NCBI GenBank assembly: GCA_037968555.1
Contig: JBBKVS010000299.1
Span: 323 to 64,322, forward strand
DNA from: Lysobacterales bacterium
Lineage (GTDB): Bacteria; Pseudomonadota; Gammaproteobacteria; Xanthomonadales; SZUA-36
Reading direction: 5' to 3'
DNA: 64,000 bases
Positions within the stretch are counted from its first letter, which is position 1. Every line of letters begins with the position of its first letter. Shown here piece after piece: positions 11,435-19,990 of the stretch. The notes under the pieces are model-generated. The model was not told where the DNA came from. It saw only the letters and a list, made by a program, of their open reading frames with translations, and made no database searches. The translations under genes were made by a program, and so were the position numbers.

Positions 11435-11674
11435 ATGCTGATCAAATTCTTCATCATTCTGTTTTTGCTCGTCATCCTGTACAGCCTGGCATCTTCTTTC
11501 TTTTTCCTGGTCAGGGACAAAGGGCAGAGTGATAGAACCGTGCAGAGACTGACCTGGCGCATCGGCTTGTCGTTGCTGCTGTTCGTGCTGCTGTGGGTTG
11601 CCCATTCCCTGGGGTGGATAAAATCGAACGGTGGGCCGGTCAAGGTTCAAACGACTGCAGAATCCAGCGGCTGA
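11435..11674 (+). CDS. Twin-transmembrane-helix small protein (DUF2909-like)
   Basis: 79 aa with two TM helices around FFFLVRDKGQSDRTVQRLTWR. This small gene is typically embedded in proteobacterial cox clusters (family recalled from memory). Confidence 0.6.
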   Translation: MLIKFFIILFLLVILYSLASSFFFLVRDKGQSDRTVQRLTWRIGLSLLLFVLLWVAHSLGWIKSNGGPVKVQTTAESSG

Positions 11675-11726
11675 AAACTGTTTGTACCAGCAGGGTTGTC
11701 AGTCGGATTCAATAACTGACTGAAGC

Positions 11727-11753
11727 AGGAATGCAGCATGCCTTTGCATTCCT
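11727..11753. terminator. Strong stem-loop between convergent DUF2909 gene and coxC
   Basis: AGGAATGCA(11727-11735)/TGCATTCCT(11745-11753), 9-bp perfect stem with a 9-nt loop. No U-tract on either side. Confidence 0.4.
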
Positions 11754-11762
11754 CAAGGTTGC

Positions 11763-12632
11763 CTAGAATACGTATACGAAAATAAACAGTCCCAGCCAGA
11801 CCACGTCAACGAAATGCCAGTACCAGGCAACTGCTTCAAAGCCAAAGTGTTGATCGGGTTTGAAATGTCCACGGGCACAGCGTATGGCGATAACCAGCAG
11901 CATGATGGCACCCAGGGTTACGTGCATGCCGTGGAAGCCGGTCAGCATGAAAAAAGTTGAACCGTAGATACCGGAACCCAATGTCAGGCCCAGTTCCTGG
12001 TAAGCCTCTTTGTATTCTTCCACCTGGAAGTAAACAAATATGAAGCCCAATAAAACCGTCGCGGCCAACCAAATCACCAGAGGTGTACGCAGATTTTTCT
12101 TCAGTGCATGATGTGCCATGGTCACGGTCACGCCTGAAGTCAGCAATATCATGGTATTCAGGAAAGGAACGCCGAATGCCGGGATGGTGCCAAATGGCCC
12201 ACCCAATTCTGCCGGACCGGCCGTGGGCCAGACATTCTGATAGCCCTGCCACAACATTTCGTTGGTATAGGCTCCAGTGCCTTCGCCGCCCAGCCAGGGC
12301 ACTGACAGGACGCGCGCATAGAACAGTGCGCCAAAGAAACAGGCAAAAAACATCACCTCAGAAAAGATGAACCACAACATGCCCATGCGGAAGGAAGTGT
12401 CTACCTGGTCGTTATACATGCCACTTTCGCTTTCGCGTATGACTTGTCCGAACCAGCCAAACAGCATGAATATCATCACCGCTGCACCCGCAGTGAATGT
12501 CCAGGGTGCCGTGCTGGATCCATTTACCCAGTAGGCTGCACTGGCCATCATCAGGATCATGCCAATCGATCCGACTATCGGCCAGCGAGTGCTGTGGGGT
12601 ACGTAATAGGAATCTTCTGCTTGATGGGCCAT
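11763..12632 (-). CDS. coxC: Cytochrome c oxidase subunit III
   Basis: 289 aa, 7-TM CoxC-like (WYWHFVDVVWLGLF at the C-terminus). Confidence 0.92.
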   Translation of the reverse strand: MAHQAEDSYYVPHSTRWPIVGSIGMILMMASAAYWVNGSSTAPWTFTAGAAVMIFMLFGWFGQVIRESESGMYNDQVDTSFRMGMLWFIFSEVMFFACFFGALFYARVLSVPWLGGEGTGAYTNEMLWQGYQNVWPTAGPAELGGPFGTIPAFGVPFLNTMILLTSGVTVTMAHHALKKNLRTPLVIWLAATVLLGFIFVYFQVEEYKEAYQELGLTLGSGIYGSTFFMLTGFHGMHVTLGAIMLLVIAIRCARGHFKPDQHFGFEAVAWYWHFVDVVWLGLFIFVYVF

Positions 12633-12634
12633 GT

Positions 12635-13264
12635 TCAGTTCTCGTTTACAGGTGCATTCGCAGACGCCAGCGTCAGGGCTGTTCGTTCCGCCTTTTTATT
12701 GCGGTAAAAAGTATAGGAAAGTGTAATTTCCTTGATGCTTTCGGGAAGATCAGGCTGCACGAAAAAATACACGGGCATTTCCCGGCTTTCGTTGCCCGTC
12801 AGAAGTTGTTCAGTGAAACAGAAGCATTCAGTTTTAACGAAATACAGGCTGGCTTCTGGAGGTACTACATTGTAGGTAGCCTGGCCGATGATGCTCTGCG
12901 CTGTAGGGTTCATGGCCAGGTATTTGGCCTCGGACAGCTTGCCCAGCTTGACCGTGCTGGTTTTTTCCAATGGCTGGAACATCCACGGCAGATCAGAGTG
13001 CGTGGTGGCCAGAAAACGAATCTGCACTTCGCGATCCGAGGCCTGTATCCCTTCTGCATCCGCAGAAATTTGCACACTGCGGCCACCCAGCCCGGTGATA
13101 TCACAGAACACACCGTACAGCGGCACCATGGCATAACCAAAACCGAACATGGCTACGGCCATTACCACTAGCCGACCAACCAGTCGACGAGTGCTGACTT
13201 TGGCCTGGCCTTGATCAATGCTGCCTTGTTCAGGCTTCTCTTGTTCGGAATGGTGCTGGTTCAT
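12635..13264 (-). CDS. ctaG: Cytochrome c oxidase assembly protein CtaG/Cox11
   Basis: 209 aa with an N-terminal TM and the Cox11 copper motif CFCFTEQ. Confidence 0.9.
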   Translation of the reverse strand: MNQHHSEQEKPEQGSIDQGQAKVSTRRLVGRLVVMAVAMFGFGYAMVPLYGVFCDITGLGGRSVQISADAEGIQASDREVQIRFLATTHSDLPWMFQPLEKTSTVKLGKLSEAKYLAMNPTAQSIIGQATYNVVPPEASLYFVKTECFCFTEQLLTGNESREMPVYFFVQPDLPESIKEITLSYTFYRNKKAERTALTLASANAPVNEN

Positions 13265-13275
13265 TTTAATGCACG

Positions 13276-13404
13276 CTACTCAGCCAATACGCCAGACAGG
13301 ATAAAGGCAGTAAATATTGCCACGGCGACAGCCGCCAGTATCCAGGCGGTCACTACCGCCCGCGATCTGCGTTGCTGCAATTCTGCTTGCTGGTCTGCCA
13401 TCAT
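13276..13404 (-). CDS. Small single-TM protein between coxA and ctaG (possible cytochrome oxidase small assembly protein)
   Basis: 42 codons from ATGATG at 13404, which is 10 nt after the coxA stop. Polar, basic N-terminus (MMADQQAELQQRRSR) then one TM (AVVTAWILAAVAVAIFTAFILSGVL). No clear SD. Confidence 0.45.
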   Translation of the reverse strand: MMADQQAELQQRRSRAVVTAWILAAVAVAIFTAFILSGVLAE

Positions 13405-13414
13405 CGCCAAGCTT

Positions 13415-15079
13415 TCAATGGGCGTATTCGTCCGCATGCGCAACAGTCTTGCTGTTGATCGGAGGCGGTTCATTGAATGAGTGATAAGGCGGTGGCGAGG
13501 AAAGAATCCATTCCAGTCCCCTGGCGCCTTCCCAGACTCTGGAGGTCGCTTTTATACGGCTCTTATAGATGCAGTGAATGATGATGCCCACAAAAATCAG
13601 TTGTGAGGCGCCAAAGGTGAATCCGCCAATGGATGAGATCATATTGAAGTCGGCGAATTGCACCGAATAATCCGGTATGCGTCGGGGCATGCCTGCCAGT
13701 CCCAGATAGTGTTGCGGGAAGAACAGCACATTGACGGAAATGGCCGACAGCCAGAAATGAATTTTACCCCAGCGCTCGGAGTACATATGTCCCGACCATT
13801 TCGGCAACCAGTAGTAAGTACCCGCCATAAGGGCGAACACCGAGCCCGGTACCAGCACGTAGTGGAAGTGGGCAACCACGAAGTAAGTGTCATGGTATTG
13901 CAAATCCACTGAGGCAATGGCCAGCATCAAGCCGGACAGACCGCCGATGGTGAACAGCACCACGAAACCGATGGAAAACAGCATGGGAGTTTCAAAAGTC
14001 ATCGAACCTTGCCACATGGTGCTGACCCAGTTGAAGACTTTCACCCCGGTGGGTACTGCAATCAGCATGGTGGCATACATGAAAAATAACTCGCCGGACA
14101 AGGGCATGCCCACGGTGAACATGTGATGCGCCCAGACTATGAATGACAGGAAGGCGATTGAGGCGGTTGCGTACACCATCGCTGCATACCCAAACAGGGG
14201 CTTGCGGGCAAAGGTCGGGATGATTTCCGAAACCACACCAAAGGCGGGCAGAATCATGATGTACACCTCGGGGTGCCCGAAAAACCAGAAAATATGCTGG
14301 AACATTACCGGGTCACCGCCACCAGCGGCATTGAAAAAGCTGGTGCCGAAGAAATGGTCAGTCAGCAGCATCGTCACCGCGCCAGCCAATACCGGCATTA
14401 CTGCGATCAGCAGGAAGGCGGTAATCAGCCAGGTCCAGACGAACAGGGGCATGCGCAGCAAGGTCATACCCGGCGCGCGCATGTTGAGTATGGTGGCAAT
14501 TACGTTTATTGAGCCCATGATGGAAGAAATACCCATCATGTGGATGGCAAATACCACAAAGGCAAAGCTTTGCCCGGTTTGCAGGCTCAGGGGCGGGTAC
14601 AAGGTCCAGCCGGATGCCGGCCCGCCGGAATCCATGAACAGCGTGCTCAGCAACATGGTAAAGGCGAAGGGCAGAATCCAGAATGACCAGTTGTTCATGC
14701 GCGGCAACGCCATATCCGGTGCACCGATCATCATCGGTATCATCCAGTTGGCGAAGCCTACCCAGGCCGGCATAACCGCGCCGAACACCATGATCAGGGC
14801 GTGCATGGTGGTCATCTGGTTGAAGAAATCCGGTTCAACCAATTGCAAACCGGGCATGAACAGTTCAGCGCGGATGATCATGGCCATGGATCCGCCGATC
14901 AAAAACATGATCAGCGAGAAAACCAGGTACAGCGTGCCTATGTCCTTGTGGTTGGTAGTAAACAACCAGCGATCCAGCAAACTGCTGGGTTTGTGGTCGT
15001 GGTGATCGTCATGGCTGGCGTGGTCGCCGGCGTGAGCGTGATCGATTGCCTGGGCTTGTGAACTGGTCATCTCGGTCAT
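13415..15079 (-). CDS. coxA: Cytochrome c oxidase subunit I
   Basis: 554 aa with heme-copper oxidase motifs WFFGHPEVY and HHMF. Confidence 0.95.
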   Translation of the reverse strand: MTEMTSSQAQAIDHAHAGDHASHDDHHDHKPSSLLDRWLFTTNHKDIGTLYLVFSLIMFLIGGSMAMIIRAELFMPGLQLVEPDFFNQMTTMHALIMVFGAVMPAWVGFANWMIPMMIGAPDMALPRMNNWSFWILPFAFTMLLSTLFMDSGGPASGWTLYPPLSLQTGQSFAFVVFAIHMMGISSIMGSINVIATILNMRAPGMTLLRMPLFVWTWLITAFLLIAVMPVLAGAVTMLLTDHFFGTSFFNAAGGGDPVMFQHIFWFFGHPEVYIMILPAFGVVSEIIPTFARKPLFGYAAMVYATASIAFLSFIVWAHHMFTVGMPLSGELFFMYATMLIAVPTGVKVFNWVSTMWQGSMTFETPMLFSIGFVVLFTIGGLSGLMLAIASVDLQYHDTYFVVAHFHYVLVPGSVFALMAGTYYWLPKWSGHMYSERWGKIHFWLSAISVNVLFFPQHYLGLAGMPRRIPDYSVQFADFNMISSIGGFTFGASQLIFVGIIIHCIYKSRIKATSRVWEGARGLEWILSSPPPYHSFNEPPPINSKTVAHADEYAH

Positions 15080-15084
15080 TCCCG

Positions 15085-16263
15085 TTACAGATTAGCTGAC
15101 AATTGACCGTGTTTGATACGGGCAATGGTTTGTGGCTGGACTACCGCATCTGATGCTTCTCCGAAAGCATTGCGGGTATAAGTCAGTGCGGCTGCAATAT
15201 CAGCCGCGGAAAGCATATTTCCCCAGGCTTGCATGGCCGTTCCGGCGCGGCCATTCATGACCACGTTGATTTGCTCATCAATGGGGCCATTGATCACAGT
15301 GCTGCCGGTCAGGGCAGGGAAAGCCGGTGCCAGCCCGGAACCATCCTTCTGATGGCAGGCTGCGCACTGAGTGGCGTAGACGTTTTCACCATGCTCCATC
15401 AGCTCGGCCAGGCTCCAGATGCGTTGCTCATCGGTGCTTTGCTGGGCAGTTTGATTCTGCATGTCGGACACCCAGGCCTGATAATCCTGTTTGGATACAG
15501 CTTCCACGACTATGGGCATGAAACCGTGGTCTTTACCGCATAGTTCAGCGCATTGTCCGCGGTAGACACCGGGTTCTGAAATTTCAGTCCAGCCTTCGTT
15601 GATATAGCCCGGAACGGCGTCGCGTTTCCAGCCCAAATCGGGTACCCACCAGGCATGGATTACGTCATCGGCGGTGATGAGGAATTTGATCTTGGTATCA
15701 ATCGGCAGTACCACGCGTTTATCCACATCCAACAGGTAGTTTTCCACGCTGGCGGGATCAGTACCTGAATCCAGCATGCGCGCCGCATTGGAACTGCTGG
15801 CCAGCGAACTGATGAAACTGATGTCGTCTTCCAGGTATTCGTACTTCCAGCGCCACTGGAAACCGGTAATCTTGACGGTAATCTCGGTTTCCGGGTAAAT
15901 CTCCATATGAATCAGTGCGGTGGTGGCCGGTATCGCCATCCCCACCAAAATCAGCACTGGTATGATGGACCAGATGATTTCAGCCTTGGTGCTGTGGGTG
16001 AACTTGGCCGCTTCATAGCCACGGGATTTTCGGTGCAGCACGATGGAGAAAAACATGGCGCTGAATACCAGGATGCCGATCACCACGCAGATCCACAGGC
16101 TGATCATGTGCAGGTCATAGTTCATGACGGATTGGGCTGTCACGCCTCTGGGCATGTTGATCTTGTTGCCGCTCAGTCCTGGCGCTACCAGCAACAGCCA
16201 GAAGGCGGCCGAGACAGCCGCAAGAACTGCCAGTCCAACTATGATCGTGTTCTGCTTTTTCAT
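15085..16263 (-). CDS. coxB: Cytochrome c oxidase subunit II with C-terminal cytochrome c domain
   Basis: CuA site CAELCGKDHGFMP plus C-terminal CAACH heme c motif. ATG at 16263 is preferred over TTG at 16287. Confidence 0.9.
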   Translation of the reverse strand: MKKQNTIIVGLAVLAAVSAAFWLLLVAPGLSGNKINMPRGVTAQSVMNYDLHMISLWICVVIGILVFSAMFFSIVLHRKSRGYEAAKFTHSTKAEIIWSIIPVLILVGMAIPATTALIHMEIYPETEITVKITGFQWRWKYEYLEDDISFISSLASSSNAARMLDSGTDPASVENYLLDVDKRVVLPIDTKIKFLITADDVIHAWWVPDLGWKRDAVPGYINEGWTEISEPGVYRGQCAELCGKDHGFMPIVVEAVSKQDYQAWVSDMQNQTAQQSTDEQRIWSLAELMEHGENVYATQCAACHQKDGSGLAPAFPALTGSTVINGPIDEQINVVMNGRAGTAMQAWGNMLSAADIAAALTYTRNAFGEASDAVVQPQTIARIKHGQLSANL

Positions 16264-16779
16264 CGAAATATCAGGCCTCAGCTTCAATGGGTTTGGGCAA
16301 TTGCTTGTTTACCGGCTTATTCTTACGGTCAAATCTGTTGACCACTTTGCGCCGCACTTCCAATCAGCCCCGTACGATGTTTTATGGTGCTTTGTTTTGC
16401 TGCATGACCAAGCCTGAACGGACTTGACGATCCAGGCTTGAAGCAACCATGAATTAGTCAGTGTTGCTTTAAATTTTTACATTCCAGTCGGCCAGCTGCT
16501 GGCTATTGCACTACAGCCTGAATCGGAAGTTTGACTAAATTTAAGGAATTTTCCTTGTGGTAAAACACCTACTGCCGGGTGCTGCTTTGTTCAAGCCTCA
16601 CAAGCTGGGTGAATATATTAACCACGCACAGCCTTCAAGCCGCTAATTGTATCGTCCATGGTAAGTACGGGGCAAGGCACATGAACAGGGCTTGTCGAGT
16701 TTTAATGCACCACCACAGCAGTTAAACTGGCTCGCGCCGCAGTTTGGCAAATAATCGCAATTTTTTCAGGAGTACCAGA

Positions 16780-19700
16780 GTGACGGATTCGCAGGCATTC
16801 GATTTTCTATTGACCAACATGAAACCGGCCGATCCCTTAGGGGATGATATGGATTTGCAGTACCACGCTGATGAGGAGCAAATCGTACATCGCTTGCTGC
16901 AGCTGGCGCGCCAGGATCCCGAAGCCACCGCCCGAATCAACGCGCGCGCTGCCATGCTGGTCAGCCAGGTGCGCTCACGCCAATCTGAACAGGGCGTGAT
17001 GGAAGCCTTCATGATGGAATATGACCTTTCTTCAGAGGAAGGCATTGTGCTGATGTGTTTGGCCGAAGCCCTGTTACGTATTCCGGATGATGAAACAGCA
17101 GAAAAGCTGATCGCGGACAAATTGGGTGATGCAGATTGGGAATCACATATAGGCCGTAGCTCTTCGGTACTGGTCAATGCCTCGACCTGGGGGCTGATGC
17201 TAACCGGTAAGCTGGTTGCCCTGTCCGAAACCACCAGTGCCAATTTTCGCTCCGCCTTGGCCAGGTTGGTCAATCGCAGCGGCGAGCCGCTGGTGCGCAC
17301 CGCCATTCGCCAGGCCATGCGCATTCTGGGATTTCAATACGTCATGGGCCGTACCATAAACGAGGCCTTGAAACGTTCGCAGAAAAAGGCCAACCGCCAG
17401 TATCGCTATTCCTTTGACATGCTGGGTGAAGCGGCCATTACCCAGCACGACGCCGACCGCTACCTGGAATCCTATCGTTCGGCCATCAAGGCTATTGGCG
17501 CAAGTCACAAAGCCGAAGATGTGTTTTCCGCACCCAGTATTTCAGTCAAGCTGTCGGCGCTGCATCCGCGCTTCGAGTTTGCACATAAAGACCGCGTACT
17601 GGAGCAGTTGGTGCCGCGCGTACTGGAACTGGCGCAACTGGCCAAGGCCAATCGAGCGGGATTAACGGTCGACGCCGAAGAAGCCGACAGGCTGATGCTG
17701 GCCCTGGGCGTGTTCTCCGCGGTGTACCAGGACGACTCACTGGCCGATTGGGAAGGCTTTGGCCTGGCTTTACAGTCCTACCAGAAGCGCGCCATGGCAG
17801 AAATTGCATTGCTGGCTGATCTGGCCAGGCGCATAGGGCGACGTATTCCGGTGCGGCTGGTCAAAGGTGCGTATTGGGATTCGGAGATCAAGCTGGCTCA
17901 GGTTGAGGGTTACACCACCTATCCGGTGTTTACCCGCAAAGCCAATACTGATGTGTCCTACATAGCCTGTGCCCGCCAGATCCTGGCTGAGCGCCAGGCT
18001 TTTTATCCGCAATTTGCTACTCACAACGCACACACCGTGTCGCTGATTACCGAGCTGGCCGGCGACCGGCAGGACTTTGAATTCCAGCGACTGCACGGCA
18101 TGGGTGCCGACCTCTATGGCGTGGTTATGCAGGCCGAAGGTTTTCGGCATGCCTGTCGCGTGTATGCGCCAGTGGGCAGTCACGAAGACCTCTTACCCTA
18201 CCTGGTGCGGCGTTTGCTGGAAAACGGCTCCAACACCTCGTTTGTTAATCGAATTGTCGACCCGAACATAGCGGCGGAAAAGGTCGCCGAAGACCCGGTA
18301 GAACGGGTTGAACATACCCAGCCGGTGGCACATCCGGGCATACCTTTGCCGCGCCAGCTTTATGGTGCAAACCGGCTGAATTCGGCTGGAGTCAACTTCG
18401 CCAACGAAAGCGAGGTGCAGGCCCTGGCGACTGCCATGCAGGCTTTTGCTGACTCCCGCTGGGATGCCAGTCCGATAGTGGCGAATATGGCGGGTAGCGA
18501 CCAGCCTCAAGCCAAAGCCAATCTGAACCCGGCCAATTTCTCTGATCAAATTGGTCAGATTTATGAGGCTACTCCTGCGGATATTGAACAGGCCATCAAC
18601 ACGGCACGTGCCTTTACCGACGACTGGGATCGCACACCGGTCACTCTGCGGGCTGCCATGCTGGAGAAGGCGGCTGATCTGATGGAAGAACGTACGCCGG
18701 AATTATTGGCTATTTGCTCGCGGGAAGCTGGCAAAACTCCGCGGGATTGTGTCGCAGAGGTCAGGGAAGCGATCGATTTCCTGCGTTATTACGCCACGCA
18801 GGCAAGGGCGCTATTCGACCAACCTGTGCTCTTGCCGGGTCCCACCGGTGAACGAAATCAACTGTCGCTGCATGGCAAGGGAGTATTTGTCAGCATCAGT
18901 CCGTGGAATTTCCCATTGGCCATATTTACCGGCCAGGTCAGCGCCGCATTGGCTGCTGGAAACACGGTGCTGGCCAAGCCCGCCGAGCAAACACCTGCGG
19001 TTGCGGCGCTGGTCACCCGTATCCTTCACCAGGCCGGTATTCCCCGCGAAGCTTTGCAATTACTGCCCGGTGATGGTGCGACTGTGGGGGCCGCGCTGAC
19101 CAGCGATGTTCGGATTGACGGAGTGGTCTTTACCGGTTCGACTGAGACCGCCCGGGTGATCAACCGGACCCTGGCTGGCCGCGATAGTCCCATTGCCACT
19201 TTCATCGCCGAAACCGGTGGCCAGAACGCCATGATCGTGGACAGCTCGGCCTTGCCGGAACAGGTGGTCAAAGATGTGATTACCAGTGCTTTTCTGAGCG
19301 CCGGTCAACGCTGCTCGGCCGCGCGCGTACTGTTCCTGCAGAGGGATATTGCCCCCCGGGTGCTGGAATTGCTTGCTGGAGCCATGCAGGAGTTGGTGGT
19401 AGGTGATCCGCGCAAACTGCTTACGGATGTTGGGCCTGTGATTGATGAAGATGCATTGGCCATTCTGATTGCCCATGCTGAGCGCATGGATAAGGCGGGT
19501 CGCCTGGTGGCTACTGCGCCCTTGCCAGAGTATGTTTCCGGGCATTTCTTCGCGCCACGCGCTTATGAAATTGCCAGCCTGGATTTGCTCGAGCGCGAAA
19601 TATTCGGGCCCATATTGCACGTAATTCAGTATCGGGCCAGAAATATCGATCAGGTTATTGCCGCCATCAATGCGTCCAACTATGGACTCACGGTGGGCAT

Positions 19701-19947
19701 ACACAGCCGCATAGATCGCAGCCAGGATTACATTGCCAACCGCATCCATGCCGGAAATTGTTACATCAACCGCAATATGGTGGGCGCCGTGGTGGGGGTA
19801 CAGCCATTTGGTGGCGAACGGCTGTCGGGAACCGGCCCCAAAGCGGGAGGTCCACATTACCTGCAGCGTTTTGCAACCGAGCGTACTCTGAGTGTCAACA
19901 CAGCTGCTATGGGTGGCAATGCCAGCCTGCTGGCTCTGGAAGACTGA
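16780..19947 (+). CDS. putA: Bifunctional proline dehydrogenase / L-glutamate gamma-semialdehyde dehydrogenase PutA (no N-terminal DNA-binding domain)
   Basis: About 1055 aa. Proline dehydrogenase barrel followed by an aldehyde dehydrogenase domain (ISPWNFPLAIF, ETGGQNA). AGGAG at 16768-16772 precedes GTG 16780. The alternative start is TTG 16744. Confidence 0.9.
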   Translation: MTDSQAFDFLLTNMKPADPLGDDMDLQYHADEEQIVHRLLQLARQDPEATARINARAAMLVSQVRSRQSEQGVMEAFMMEYDLSSEEGIVLMCLAEALLRIPDDETAEKLIADKLGDADWESHIGRSSSVLVNASTWGLMLTGKLVALSETTSANFRSALARLVNRSGEPLVRTAIRQAMRILGFQYVMGRTINEALKRSQKKANRQYRYSFDMLGEAAITQHDADRYLESYRSAIKAIGASHKAEDVFSAPSISVKLSALHPRFEFAHKDRVLEQLVPRVLELAQLAKANRAGLTVDAEEADRLMLALGVFSAVYQDDSLADWEGFGLALQSYQKRAMAEIALLADLARRIGRRIPVRLVKGAYWDSEIKLAQVEGYTTYPVFTRKANTDVSYIACARQILAERQAFYPQFATHNAHTVSLITELAGDRQDFEFQRLHGMGADLYGVVMQAEGFRHACRVYAPVGSHEDLLPYLVRRLLENGSNTSFVNRIVDPNIAAEKVAEDPVERVEHTQPVAHPGIPLPRQLYGANRLNSAGVNFANESEVQALATAMQAFADSRWDASPIVANMAGSDQPQAKANLNPANFSDQIGQIYEATPADIEQAINTARAFTDDWDRTPVTLRAAMLEKAADLMEERTPELLAICSREAGKTPRDCVAEVREAIDFLRYYATQARALFDQPVLLPGPTGERNQLSLHGKGVFVSISPWNFPLAIFTGQVSAALAAGNTVLAKPAEQTPAVAALVTRILHQAGIPREALQLLPGDGATVGAALTSDVRIDGVVFTGSTETARVINRTLAGRDSPIATFIAETGGQNAMIVDSSALPEQVVKDVITSAFLSAGQRCSAARVLFLQRDIAPRVLELLAGAMQELVVGDPRKLLTDVGPVIDEDALAILIAHAERMDKAGRLVATAPLPEYVSGHFFAPRAYEIASLDLLEREIFGPILHVIQYRARNIDQVIAAINASNYGLTVGIHSRIDRSQDYIANRIHAGNCYINRNMVGAVVGVQPFGGERLSGTGPKAGGPHYLQRFATERTLSVNTAAMGGNASLLALED

Positions 19948-19990
19948 TACTCTGTCTGACTGATTCTGCATACACAACCGGACTACTGAT

